From: Daphnia carinata
Taxonomy: Eukaryota
Assembly: GCF_022539665.2 (NCBI RefSeq)
Contig: NC_081332.1
Span: forward strand, 558,001-622,000
Direction: 5' to 3'
DNA: 64,000 nucleotides
Below the pieces are notes generated by a model. The model was not told the DNA's origin, did no database searches, and worked only from the letters and a program-made list of their open reading frames with translations. This document shows positions 40,244 through 52,745 of the stretch, one piece after another. Position 1 is the stretch's first letter. Every line of letters starts with the position of its first letter. The translations under genes and the position numbers were made by a program.

Positions 40244-41400
40244 CAGTATGATGGAGTATTACATGCTCATCATTACTTCCCAGGTACAGCTTCGAGTGAA
40301 AATGGGGAGAGCTATTAATGACTTTAACTATGAGACAGGGGTACGCTTCTCTTCGCTAAATTTCTTTTACAGAAGTTCGAAGTGTTAACGCCTTAAAACG
40401 TGTTGTCGATACGTTTAGTGGAAGTGGACTCACGTAAACCCAAACTAAAAAAAATGCGAGAGTGCAAAATTTTGAATTGAACTCTGGATATTTACGCATA
40501 TTGTGAAAACAAGACCATAGGAAAACTCTACCCATTCTTCCCCAGGATATCATACTCACCATAAGTAAACCAGTTTATTAATCTTCTGTCTGTGGGCTTT
40601 ACAAAGTTTTGGCATAAATGGTCGAGTGGCGTGGAGACAACTACTTACCTGAAATAAATGTTCGTAAATGCTTAGAATTCGTTAAGAAACATTTGAGCTG
40701 GACTGAGAAGCAGTGGAATAATGTTTTATTTTCCGTCGAGGCTAAAGAAGAAGTTTTTGGAACTAATAGGCGCTCATTTGTAAGAAAAAAGCTGGTGAAA
40801 GACAGATGTTCGGACGGTCAGATTTGGGGATGGCTCAGTAATGTGTTGAGTAGGAATTTATTCTAACAGTTTTAGCACTACACCAATAGAAGGAATAATT
40901 ACTAAACAAACATAACATCAAATTTTCATTCGAAAGGGTTTGCAACTATGCAAAAAGGTATCTTTTTTGTAATAACGCAAACCAAAAAGGTTTTTATCAT
41001 TCTAGGTAGTTTTAGGGGAACTTCTCCAAGAAGGCTTTACGTTCGAAGAGGATAATGATCCTAAACATGTCTCCAATCTATGCCATGCATATTTAGACAA
41101 AAAAAATTAGATATCGACGTTTAAGGGAGCATTGTTTTTTTCTCCAGCCGATTAGGTGTTTTGAAACTGCTGATTTCGCCATCTCATAGCCCCGATCTTA
41201 ACCCTATTGAACAGGTCTCGGACTTTGTTAAATCGAAGCTAGCTGAAGCATATAGTCACAAAAAGTGAAAAAATTTAGAATGAGTTACAGAGGGTGTAGC
41301 AGTTTGTAATTGATCAAACAAGTTCAACATTACATAGCTACACTAAAAGACCGATACGAAGCAGTAATTTTAGCCAAAAGCGGTAATCCAAAGTATTCAA
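40244..41400 (+). pseudogene. Degenerate Tc1-family transposon/transposase relic
   Basis: Begins TA|CAGT. Motifs RKCLEFVKKHLSWTEKQWNNVLFS, FEEDNDPKH, SPDLNPIEQV; many stops; right end not identified. Confidence 0.75.
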
Positions 41401-41839
41401 AATTAAATAATGTTCCCATTTTTAAATAATTTTTTCCAAATTTAAACCGAAAATTAAATAAATATAATTTCTAATGTTGCCACCCACACGGCACATCTCC
41501 TTCCTGGGAACCTCCTAAAAGGCTCTTAGCCTCCCCAGCGCATCAATCATACCGTTGAGATGTACTGAGGAGGGCCAGTAGAGGCTGGAAAATTGTGGAG
41601 AAACATGCCAATATTTTCAATTTAAGAAATTGTTGGTGATGTGCTCAGGAGTGCTTTAGGAAATCCCTCCATGAAAGTAAGATTCGTGAATTTTAAAGTA
41701 TCACAAAAACATTTAGCTCAAGTAGAATTTTATATAATGTAAATTTTGGGGTTTACCATTTCAAATTAGAATTAAAAATATGAAATTTAGAATTAGGTAA
41801 CGATAGTAGTATGAAATAGTAAAAAATTTATGAAATTGG

Positions 41840-42230
41840 AAAAGTTTGTTATGACCACTATAAAGTGCAATATAAGTAATAAATATTTCTGATTTTGCTC
41901 TAATAGTATTTTGTTAAACGAACACTATTAAATATAATATAGTTCATGTTCTCTTGTAATTTCAATTAAAATAGCATACGAAAAAAAGGTTTTGTGAACC
42001 ATTTAAGTAATGAGTAAACACCATCGGTATTTTAAAAAGGAAAATGCATATAGGCCGACGTTTTTTACGTAACATGTTGCCTAGTGGATTGGAGGCTCAT
42101 CGTTCCAATTGGAACAATTTTTGAAAATAGTCTTGTCTCTAAATAGAAATAGGACTAATGCCTTGGTAAAATAGGACTGACGTAAAATATTTTGAAAGTC
42201 AGTCATATTTCATCGCCAATTTCAATAAAA
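41840..42230. repeat. Diverged solo TIR related to the Mutator-like element at 43354-47263
   Basis: GTGAACCATTTAAG...CACCATCG...GCCGACG...ATGTTGCCTA..GGATTGGAGGC..ATCGTTCC..TTGGAACAA...GAAATAGGACT aligns by eye with ~46800-47170, same orientation as the right TIR; boundaries approximate. Confidence 0.75.
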
Positions 42231-43353
42231 GATCAAGCTTTTGAATGTGAATAAACCATTTCAAAAATTCTATTGTCCTTTAATATTCATTTTTTATTTT
42301 AATTACATTTAAATGCTTGGTTCTATAATTGGTTCTGTATTGGTTCTATTATATATGCTAATAGCATGGGAGGTTATTGCTACTACCTGAGGATGATGCA
42401 AGAGGGACTGAAGAGCCTGTCAGGCAGCTGCCAGGTAACCAAAAAGAAGGTTACAAGAGGAATCGAGGACGGTTATGGGGAAGACTGGGGAGGATAGCAG
42501 GATGTTCTGCGGAGGTACTTAGGAGCCAGTTGTGCCGTGTGGGCATATGTATACCCAGGTTTTATCATGTGTTTAAAATAAATATGAATAGTTTGTCATT
42601 TTTCCATAATAGTGTGAGTGTACTTGTGTATTGATGCCCAGCTCCCATGGTGGCGCTAGCACAAGTAATTATTTTTTTCTCAGTAATCAGAATTTCCAAC
42701 TTGGGGGTGCAAGGAAGTATTTTTTTAATTGATCAAGTTAAAAAACACACATTATATCCCAATACGCACACACATTATACAAATACAATATCACACTAGC
42801 AGCTTCCTCCGTAATGTGTAATTTTAATATGCTAAATTTTTCAATAGGTTTAATGACTGATATTCGTGAAAAATCCTGACAAAAATCCCCCACCCATCCC
42901 TCGATTCATTTAGATCACCATCGATTTTGGTAATTTCGATTTTAGTAGCAGATGTACAATAACCATAGCGTATGTAGTAGGTTGCAACGTCAGTGCATTG
43001 ATTTCGGAGCAATGTTCGTAATTGGAGATCACTCCTCTTTACTATGTACAAACATGAAGTGTAGGCTTTACTCTAGATTGAGGACTCTTGTTCTTCTGCT
43101 TCACTTGGTCTTCACCTTCTCCAATCGATACTCATTTTGTAAAAACGTTTGACGAAATCTTCATGTTGTTCTTGTAACTCATGGTTCTTTATGAGTCATT
43201 TCCTTCTATCGTCTACAAGTTCAAAAGATGTCTTTGCTCCAATGAATCTGTCCTCTTGACATGCTTCGTCACAAGTTTTCAGGTCCTTTTTACTCTCCTT
43301 TTCTAGAATGTCTATTGTCACTACCATCTTTGCTTGATTTTGGGATAGTTTGG

Positions 43354-43992
43354 GGTAGCCGGTGAAATAGGACTAAAACGAAATAGGACTGGAGAAATAG
43401 GACTGCAAATATCCAGTCCTATTTCTACCGGAGAAATAGGACTGGGAGAAATAGGACTGACTTTTCAAAACTTTTAGGACAGTCCTATTTCTCCATGCCA
43501 GCAGTCCTATTTCTCCTCGGCATCAGTCCTATTTCTCCTTAGAAATAGTCCTATTTATTTTATTTTATTTTGTCCCAATAGGAACGATATGCCTCCAATC
43601 CGGTAGGCAACATATTGCGTAAGAGCGTCGGCTTATATCCATTTCTCTTTGTAAAAAGCCGATGGTGTTAACTCATAACTTAAATGGTTCACCAAACATT
43701 TATCTTTTATCCTATTTTAATTTAAATTGCAGGGGACCATTAATTATGTTATATCTAATATAGTTCATTTAATAAAATACTACAACGGCCACACCAGAAA
43801 TATTTATTAAATTTTTCTTACTTTTTAGTGCATAAATAACTTTTCCAGTTGCACTCATGTTGTACTTGCTCATACAACTATCAGCAACGAATAACAAGCA
43901 AGTCTTACCATATCGGTAGCGCTCTAACCTGTGACACGGGTAGTCCTATGTTCGATTCTCCGTGGTTACATTTCTTCTGAGGTTTTTAATAA
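43354..43992 (+). repeat. Left TIR of the Mutator-like element
   Basis: Reverse complement of 46630-47263 with few mismatches. Confidence 0.93.
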
Positions 43993-44385
43993 CATTTGCG
44001 GTTAAGTTTACTATGAATAGTAGAAGAATGTTAATGAATCTTCGCCTGTATGAAAGCTAGTTCCTCACCAGGAGCAAAAAGAACTGTTGAGATACAAGAG
44101 AATGGATGAGAGAGGAGATGGTAGATAACGGTAGATGGACGAAAAATAAATTATTTGTAATTTAACATTTTAACAATTCCTCAACTTCTTTACCAAGAAG
44201 AGGATTCTACCACCGAAGTGGATGGCCGAGCATGACATAGCATTACTCATCAAGTGACGTATGCCAAAGGATTAAGTTAATATTTATATTGACTTTGAAA
44301 TAAAATTGATGAAGAAGATTTATGGGTGCTAAAGCCGAGGAAGTTGAAGATAGTTGCCGGCGGCGAATAGAAAGAAGAGATTTGC

Positions 44386-45426
44386 ATGACCAGGAGAAGA
44401 GCAGCCGACTATAGCGCTGTCTTCGAGAAGATAAAGGTATAGATACTATCTCATTTACAAATAGTTTGTTATGTAAAAATAATAAATTTTATATTGTAAT
44501 AGGATATAATCCCCCTTCCTAGAGTCCAGCGGATCGTGACCGATTTCGAACGTGCTATATTTACGGCTGTCCGCAGGCACTTTGTGGATTGCCAGCACTT
44601 TGGCTGCAATTTCCACTGGTGCCAAGCCGTTCTGAAAAAGGTCCGGGATCTTCACCTTGCCACCCTCTACAACAACAAGGGACCGAATCCAGTGCGAGAC
44701 TTTGTGTTTCGCCTGCTATGCCTTGCATATCTTCCAGGTAAATAGCACACAAATGTTATATTTAATTGTCATAAATAACATTTGTGAACTTTAATTTTTT
44801 GTAGCTGGTAAAATTCCTGGTGTGTTTGACGCGTTGAAGAGCTCAGCACCTAGCGAACTTTCAGCACTCATGGATTATATGGAGCGGAATTGGATTCGGG
44901 GCAAGTTCTGGACTCCTGAGAACTGGTCATGCTTCAACATCTTAACGCGTACCAATAACGACTGCGAAGGAATGCACCACCAATGGAACAAGGTAATTTA
45001 AATTTGAACAATAATATGTAATGAATAATTAATAACAAAAATGTTTGTAGTTGGCAGGCAGATCTAATTTAAAATACAAGATGACAATGATATTGCGGAA
45101 ACTGGCCGAAGAAGTTTCCCTTACTAGCACGCTACTCTGCCATGACAAAATAAGGGCTCACCGGAAGAAAGAGACCCAACTTAAGAATTCCGTACTGTTC
45201 CAGCTTTGGGCGCGCTATCAAAATAATGAGGTATGTTTTCTAAATTTACAAGAAAAAAAAGTTTCCCTATAGCTTATCATTGTTTTTGCAGCTATCTACA
45301 ATGGATCTACTAGAAGAAATAGTTTTAGAGCTTAGATCATCTTTTCCCGCTATTGTTTCCTCACATGCCCTTAATGTTGCTATAAATAATATTAATGATG
45401 AACTAGATATGTCTATAATTGAATAA
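44386..45426 (+). pseudogene. 5'-truncated MULE transposase; spliced open frame join(44386-44436, 44503-44737, 44805-44992, 45051-45230, 45292-45426), 262 aa
   Basis: MTRRRAADYSAVFEKIK/...IVTDFERAIF...GCNFHWCQAV...RTNNDCEGMH (MULE D, CxxH and E motifs); four GT-AG introns in frame; N-terminal domain and first catalytic Asp not found. Confidence 0.85.
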
Positions 45427-46409
45427 AATTTGTTTGTTTGTAACATGTATTTTATTTGACGAATGTTTACAAATTAACATACTTTATAAATAAACTTACA
45501 TAATCTCAATTGACTTTTTTATTTTAATGTAATATGTAATGTAATACATTATGCTTGAATTATTACGATAATACTTGTTGTGCAAGCGACAACTAATGTG
45601 CCGATTGATGGTTTTGGTTCGTGGCCACAATTCCCGAGAAGATGATTGTTCTAAAAAAAATAAAATTGCAATAATTATACCAATGTACTCCATATAACTA
45701 TAAATGAATTTACCTTGCATGTTTAAATCCTTCCAACCATTTACCAAACGAGTGATAAGAGAAAGCAAAAGCTTTCAATTGTCCGGAAGAACGGTTTAAG
45801 AATTCGTTGATCAGAGCTCCCTATGAAAAAAGAAAAATAAAATTAATGAAAAAGGCAAAAAAAGAACTTAAGAAATAAAAAAACGTTAAACCGGCCTGAG
45901 TAAACTGTAAAAAATTGCCACGCAAAACCTACAAAGGAGAAAAAAAAAGAAAAAAAAAATTAGTAAAACATAAGCAGTTGAAACACAATAAAAAAAGTAA
46001 AAGCATTAAGTGACGTGAAGTATAGTTAGGTAGCATACCCATAATTTGCAGATGTAATTAAATAACTATCGTAAATATTTCTAATCCTAGTCGGCCTACG
46101 TCCCGACTAAGATATCTATTTAACTGAAGGTCCACTGACCTGGGTCAGACAATTGGTTTCACGACGACACTGTGAAACCAATCCCGATACCTGTGCCCAT
46201 TGAGGTGACAAGTCTCAATGCCCTTACACTTAAATTAACAATGCCAGCACTCGAACCGTTGCCTATCCGTTCCGAGCCTGATACAATGTGTCCGGGTACG
46301 GCCCAGCACTAGTGAAGTAGAAAATGTACTTACGGTTTGCGAAACCTTAGAAACAATCCGCAGCTGGGCAGGAACTGGGCAGGCCGCTGGACACGAACAA
46401 CAGATGATT

Positions 46410-46462
46410 AGCACATTCACAGCACATTCACAGCACATTCACGGCACATTCACGGCACATTC
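46410..46462. repeat. 11-bp tandem repeat (RGCACATTCAC) x~5 inside the Mutator-like element
   Basis: agcacattcac agcacattcac agcacattcac ggcacattcac ggcacattc. Confidence 0.9.
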
Positions 46463-46629
46463 GAAGCACCGTCGACAACCTACACCATGAAGATCTAAAT
46501 ACTGACTGGCTGAAATGCTGAAACCGCATGTGAAAATTGGGAAGTCAGAACTACCATTATTTGCCATTTCAGAAGTATTACCCTAAACACCAGTAATTGT
46601 TTTCTCCCAAAAAGTCTTTCATAGAATAA

Positions 46630-47263
46630 TTATTAAAAACCTCAGAAGAAATGTAACCACGGAGAATCGAACATAGGACTACCCGTGTCACAGGTTAGAG
46701 CGCTACCGATATGGTAAGACTTGCTTGTTATTCGTTGCTGATAGTTGTATGAGCAAGTACAACATGAGTGCAACTGGAAAAGTTATTTATGCACTAAAAA
46801 GTAAGAAAAATTTAATAAATATTTCTGGTGTGGCCGTTGTAGTATTTTATTAAATGAACTATATTAGATATAACATATTTAATGGTCCCCTGCAATTGAA
46901 ATTAAAATAGGATAAAAGATAAATATTTGGTGAACCATTTAAGTTATGAATTAACACCATCGACTTTTTACAAAGGGAAATGGATATAAGCCGACGCTCT
47001 TACGCAATATGTTGCCTACCGGATTGGAGGCATATCGTTCCTATTGGAACAAAATAAAATAAATAGGACTATTTCTTAGGAGAAATAGGACTGATGCCGA
47101 GGAGAAATAGGACTGCTGGCATGGAGAAATAGGACTGTCCTAAAAGTTTTAAAAAGTCAGTCCTATTTCTCCCAGTCCTATTTCTCCGGTAGAAATAGGA
47201 CTGGAAATTTTCAGTCCTATTTCTCCAGTCCTATTTCGTTTCAGTCCTATTTCACTGCCAATC
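46630..47263 (-). repeat. Right TIR of the Mutator-like element
   Basis: Reverse complement of 43354-43992. Confidence 0.93.
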
Positions 47264-47749
47264 TAGTTTGGTAGCCACCTTGTTGTAGTTTCACAGACGG
47301 GTTGAAAAATTTTGCTAAAAAACATTACACTAGGATATCCCAAGACAAGGTTTTTACGCCGGGATATAAGGTATTACGAAAACACTACATTTGTTATATC
47401 GTAGAGGTTTTACAACTAAAGAAGCTGTTATTCAATTTACATCATCGCTATAGGGATTGAATTTTTTTATTAACAATAACCACAATTTTTATTTCTTGAG
47501 GTTGGCAAACTTTTCAACTTCGCTAAAATTTCTTCACCAGTACCTGTAGCATTCTGTCTTTCTTCCTTCATTGTGCTCTACACCATAATGGATTCCACCT
47601 GTGAACCAGATACAGATTTCAACTGCCGATCAACACTTCTAGAAAAACAGTTTGTCAATGAGCCGGATATTAGTTGAAATTCTGTGTTGCATCGAATTTG
47701 TAGCTTCACAATTCATTTATTTCATCCAGTAAACCAACACTCAGTCCAT

Positions 47750-49320
47750 CATTACACTTAATAAGCATTAAGTTCGCAAATAGATCAGGTTTCAAGCAGA
47801 ACGTTTGGCCGTTAAAATATCGGAAGCCACGCTGAATGCGCGTTCGACAGAACCTGATGCTGCTGCAATGCTTACAATACCTCTGCCGATTTCACTAAGC
47901 ATCGGATAGCGATATTGATTAAGTTGCAAATATTCAAGTGGGTTCGTTGTGCACAGCTCACTGTTGGGATCCATTGGATTCAATGGAACCTCCATGTCCA
48001 CGATGTTTTCCTTTAAATAGACGTCCAACTCTTGTAATGCTTTGTCAGACCCAATCACCGAAAGAGGTATTGGGTGAATATATGGACTGGCTCGATCGTC
48101 TCTTGCGGTTGGATGAAGATTATCCGGCTAAATCCTTGGTAGCAGAAACACAGACATCTCCTCGATGAACTTGAGATTGTGGATTCGGTAAACAAACACT
48201 GGCTAATTGTCCTACGTTGTTCATTATCTCTGTCAAATAATAACTTACTAGTACAGATAATGTCATATCTCAATTCAATTTCAGCAGCCACCACTTTCAA
48301 GACAGCCGCTTCCGTCAATCCTGGTGATGATCCAAGCACACTTGAATCCCGTATCAAAGATTGAGCCTGTGAAGCAAATTAATATTTAATGTGAAAACAA
48401 ATTTGTAACATATCAAACAATAGAAATTACCCATAATGTAATTGACATCGCGCAGGATGAATGAAAAACGTCGTTCTAAGGATTCACGCAATCCAACGAC
48501 GCAACTTTGGCAATATTTTACTGCAAATGCAAGTCGGCTATTGGATTCTGGTTTTGCCCTTCGTTTCTATCCTTGACCGTCAGAGTGAAAGCGTTCATCA
48601 CACCTAGATATGCAAGAATAATATTTACAACGGTCTCGTAATCAGCTGGAAATCATATGTAACAGCTTCAAAATATTTGAGGATGACTATGATTTCCTTA
48701 AGCACCAGTTGTGGATAGACAGTTAGGGATCCGTGCTTTTTAACTACATTGGGTCGCGTGAGAACATGCGTTGGATACGTTTAAATTGCCTTCAAGAAGT
48801 TTTCTAGCTCATGCCATGGGCGATTCCAGCGTGTGGAATTATTTTGGGCAGGCGAAAGCCAACTGAATTGTAAATCATGTCAGAATCGTTCACGCTTTTC
48901 CTCGCCGAATTTACAATTTTACTAACGTCGGAGATAACGTCAGGAGCTTCTCCCTAATGAGAAAAAAGATTGTTAGAAATGCCATTAATTTTAAAAATTG
49001 ATAGTGTTTCAAAACTCACACTAAGTATTTTAAAACCATTCTTTATCACCAACTGTAGTTTGTGGGCTACGCAGTCGGAACGAAGCCTTGAATTAACGAC
49101 ATAGTCATCACCCAGTTGTACTATGGTTGTTTCTGTTGAAGGCAAATGTTCCTCTAGATCCCTCTCTAGGTGACGAAACTCTCCAACGTCTTCATCGCTA
49201 TGCAAATCGGACTCTGAAAAATTAAAGCTCAGCTCCTGTAACAAAACCCATAGTGGGTCACCTTCGGTAGCATCTGCAATTTCTCGTTCGGCTATTGGCT
49301 GTGTGCTTTCTCTCTTCGGA
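47750..49320 (-). pseudogene. hAT transposase pseudogene, 3' part
   Basis: CVAHKLQL (CxxH), NSTRWN motif, and hAT dimerisation domain NPLEY...YPMLSEIGRGIVSIAAASGSVERAFSVASDILTAKRS; stops and frameshifts; boundaries approximate. Confidence 0.85.
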
Positions 49321-49859
49321 ACATCTGAGGCACTACTTGTACAACATGTTGCACAAAAATTTTTCAGGTAAGGCCCAAGGTTTTTAAGATATATATTTCG
49401 AAAATTTTTTGTGCTGTTTTGGCGCTAGGGGCATATAAGGCTTACCTTGACAGCTACGATTTCTGCAAGCCACACATCCGTGGATTACTACACGGCATAG
49501 CAGAGGGTTTTATGTATATTTCAAAACTTCAAACGTCAAAAATTAATTTTGTGTGATGTCAATTTGTGAAAATATAATATTGGATACCAATACATAGTGC
49601 AGAAGTAAAGGTTTTGAATTTTTTTATTAAGGTTTTATCATAATTTATCTTTTTTATTGTTTCAGGGATTAGAAGCAATAGAAAATTAGAAATGTAGAAA
49701 TATCGAAAGTAAACCTCTGTGTTTTTGGGCTTTTGGTAACACAATAAAAGGAAATGTCTATCGACTAGTAAACTTTATATTTCCGGTTTCCCCAAGAGGA
49801 TCGGGTATGCCTAATAGAAGTTTTCGTAATCCCATTACATTATTTCAGGCTAAAAATAT

Positions 49860-50208
49860 TGTCGAAGGGAATATAGTTGACGCGGTTATCATTTCTGAAA
49901 AGACGTGACAACCAACGTTTTAATTGCGGAAAGTTCGGCTTCTCATGAAAAGATGCTGTAACACGCAGATAAGTTAATAAAAGATAGTTAGTCTTAGAAT
50001 TTATGTAACCCTAGAAATGGGGCGTATTTCCATCACGATGGTATAAGAGCCCATATTTTTTTAGTCCTCTGCTAGTTCTCCCGGATTTTTCTAGTTCTCT
50101 TGATGTTTCTGTATTCAAGTTAAGTAAAAAAGCGTAGTCACTCTTTATTCTGTTGTATATTGTATTTTTCCTCAAAGTTCAATACAAATAATTAAGTCCA
50201 GTGTGACA
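49860..50208 (+). repeat. 5' LTR of gypsy element B
   Basis: Direct repeat of 54499-54845 (roughly 20-25 substitutions and 2 small indels by eye). Confidence 0.95.
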
Positions 50209-50210
50209 AA

Positions 50211-50222
50211 TGGTGGATATGC
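50211..50222 (+). promoter_or_regulatory. Primer-binding site, probably tRNA-Ala
   Basis: TGGTGGATATGC, 2 nt after the LTR; one mismatch from TGGTGGAGATGC, the complement of a eukaryotic tRNA-Ala 3' end. Confidence 0.65.
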
Positions 50223-50339
50223 AGCTCGTTACCTGTGTTAACGAATTAGTGCTGCTTAAAAGATAGTCGATGCAGAAGAAGAGTAATTCACGCTTACCTA
50301 GATGTCATTGGGATCCAAGTAGACGATTGCGCCCGCTTC

Positions 50340-51720
50340 GTGACTTGGCCACCGCGCTGTCCAGTAAAGAGACCACAGCAACTAACGAGGCACAAGTTTC
50401 AGAAATTTACGTCAACAGAAGATTTGGCGACATCAAGTGAGACGATTCGCCAGAGAGGGTTTGAAAATCCTGCAAGACAGTTAGAATCAAGTTCTGTCTC
50501 CGAACAAGATTTAACAGAGTCTACGCACCCGGTTGTTCCTGTGGCAGAACAACATATTTTTAGACCTCCAAGACAATTGCAAGAAACAGCCATGGTGGCT
50601 GTAAGAAAATATGTAAGTCCACCTATTTTTCGAGGTAGCCCAACCGAAGACGCTCGTCAGTGATAAGAGCGCTATGAGATAATTGCTGCCCACAACGGTT
50701 GGGGTGACGCAGACAAACGAAATAGTTTTGCTATGTACTTGGATGATGCCGCAAGAAATTGGTTCCTGTGCGCAAGAGTACCGAACGACTGGCAAGACGT
50801 GGCAGCACAACCGGCTGTTGGGGAAGAGCCAGCTAGGCCTGCAGTTCCTGGTTTTCGTTTAATATTTTTGAAACAATTTCAGCCAAACTCGTACGGTCTT
50901 TTTCGAGAATCTAGGCTCAGGAGTAGAACCCAAGGGGTGGATGAGCCGACCACTAGGTACTAGTAAGAAATTATTAATCTTTACAGACTGGTCGACCCGA
51001 ATATGTCGGAAACCAACCGACTAGAACACCTTTTTAGAGGTCTTCGGCCAACACTTTTTAAACAACTTTATTAAAAGAAACCTCAAACGTATGAACAATT
51101 TTTGGAATTAGAAAAAACCCATACGGAAGCATCAGTCATGTCGGAGGATAGGGGATTGAGGGATCCGACGGCAGAACCTCAGAAGTCAATTGAGCAAGTC
51201 GCAAATTTTTCAGTGGTCTATCCGGATCCGCAAGCAGACCTTATAAAGACGGCGCGTGAAGTCGTTCAAGAAATGCTTAAACAAGGGGGCCAAGAGCAAG
51301 TAAAATCAAGAGGGCCATTTAGACTCAAAGGACGCACAACAAGCGGTAAACCACAGTGTTTTTACTGTAAAAAAGCAGGGCATATTGCCAGAAACTGTTT
51401 CAGAACCCCTGAGTCAGATACAGTAAGGCCCGGCAAAGGACGCTGGGGCAGGGATAACATCAAAAGAAAATACATCAGTAAATTCAATGGTTCAAGAGCA
51501 GGTTACGCCAGAAGAAAACAAAGGTGGTTCAGAAAACTACATTTTAAATTTAAACCCTGCAAGATTGATTAAGGAAAAAGTGAAGTGGGGCAATGAAACT
51601 GCAAGGGCGTTGATCGATACAGGAGCTGCAGTTATAGTGATTTCTCCTGAATTGTTGAAAAATACGGGGTTCGTCGAAAAACCTCGGAATGGATTGAAAA
51701 TTCGTCTGGCAAAGAGCTAA
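50340..51720 (+). pseudogene. gag and aspartic protease relics of element B
   Basis: PPIFRGSPTEDARQ, YLDDAARNWF (retrotransposon gag), zinc knuckle CFYCKKAGHIARNC, protease ALIDTGA; in-frame stops and frameshifts. Confidence 0.9.
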
Positions 51721-51872
51721 CCTCTCTTCCGAAGAAGAAAACGAGTCCCTAGCAGACAAGCAAAAAGCCTGCAGCAATTGGATTCAACTAATTCAGAAAA
51801 TTAAAAGTGGAAAGGAAAGAGTAAAAATTTGTTTGATCTACAATAGAAAACTCTACAAAGAAACTTTAAAGA

Positions 51873-52745
51873 ATGGAAAAAGTTACAGAAGATTATGCGT
51901 ACCTTGTCTACCGTAAGAGAATCCTATACGCATACCATGACGACGTTGTCTCCGGCCATCTCGGCATCAGCCGTACACTAAATAAAATTTGTGATCGCTT
52001 CTACTGGCTGAAGATAACATTGAGCGTAGTTCGCCATGTACAGAGCTGCGTACATTGTCAAGCCAGAAAAGGAGTTCCAGATAAGCCTCAAGGACTTCTG
52101 CAATGCATTAAAGTGGAAAGACCATTTCAAAGAGTAGGAATGGACCTTCTAGGGCCATTTCCACTCTTCACAAAAGGAAACAGAATGATCATAGTGGCAG
52201 TTGATTACCTAACCAAATGGGTTGAGTTAAAAGCCATGCCCACTGGAAAAGCAGAAGACGCTACGATTTTTTCGTTCAACAAATCTTTCTACGCCATGGG
52301 GCTCCAGAACAAATAATCACGGATCGGGGAAAGTGTTTCATCGCTGACCTAACTCAAGCTGTCGTCAAGAAACTGCTCACCAACCACTAGACGACTTCCA
52401 GTTACCACCTTCAGGCTAATGGAGCAGTGGAGCGGATGAATCATACATTGGCAGCAATGCTCTCAATGTACGTCAGCAGTGATCAACGAGATTGGGATGA
52501 AACCCTGCAGTATGTTTGCTTCACATACAACACGGCAAGACAAGAGTCTACAGGATACTCCCCGTTCTTTCTTCTCTATGGACGTAAGCCCAGACTTCCC
52601 ATCGATTTGGAGTTTGAAGAAGGTTCAAACACATTGCTGGAAGAAGAAGAAGCAGCATTGGGATATGCAGATTGTCCAATAGCTGACTTAGCAGCAGCTA
52701 AAGAAAAAGTGAGAATTAGAATGGAGCGAGTACAACAAAAATACC
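51873..52745 (+). pseudogene. Integrase relic of element B
   Basis: HDDVVSGHLG...CVHC zinc finger; VGMDLLGP, VDYLTKW, TDRG, ERMNHTL, YNTARQESTGYSPFFLLYGR; frameshifted. Confidence 0.92.

Larger units (their letters stand above)
43354..47263 (+). mobile_element. Mutator-superfamily (MULE, Phantom/foldback-like) DNA transposon, internally deleted
   Basis: Near-identical ~635-bp TIRs (43354-43992 and 46630-47263) with many GAAATAGGACT subterminal repeats; 8-bp TSD TAGTTTGG (43346-43353, 47264-47271); MULE transposase exons inside. Confidence 0.93.

Noticed and set aside
42360..43345. Coding-like purine-rich fragments flanking the Mutator insertion
   Set aside because: Multiple stops and no recognisable motif; cannot be assigned without a search
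43361..43560. Regularly repeated GAAATAGGACT units, superficially CRISPR-like
   Set aside because: 11-bp units, short irregular spacing, both orientations, inside a transposon TIR; eukaryotic context and no cas genes
43898..43970. Functional tRNA gene
   Set aside because: Acceptor, anticodon and T stems do not pair properly; kept only as a tRNA-like motif
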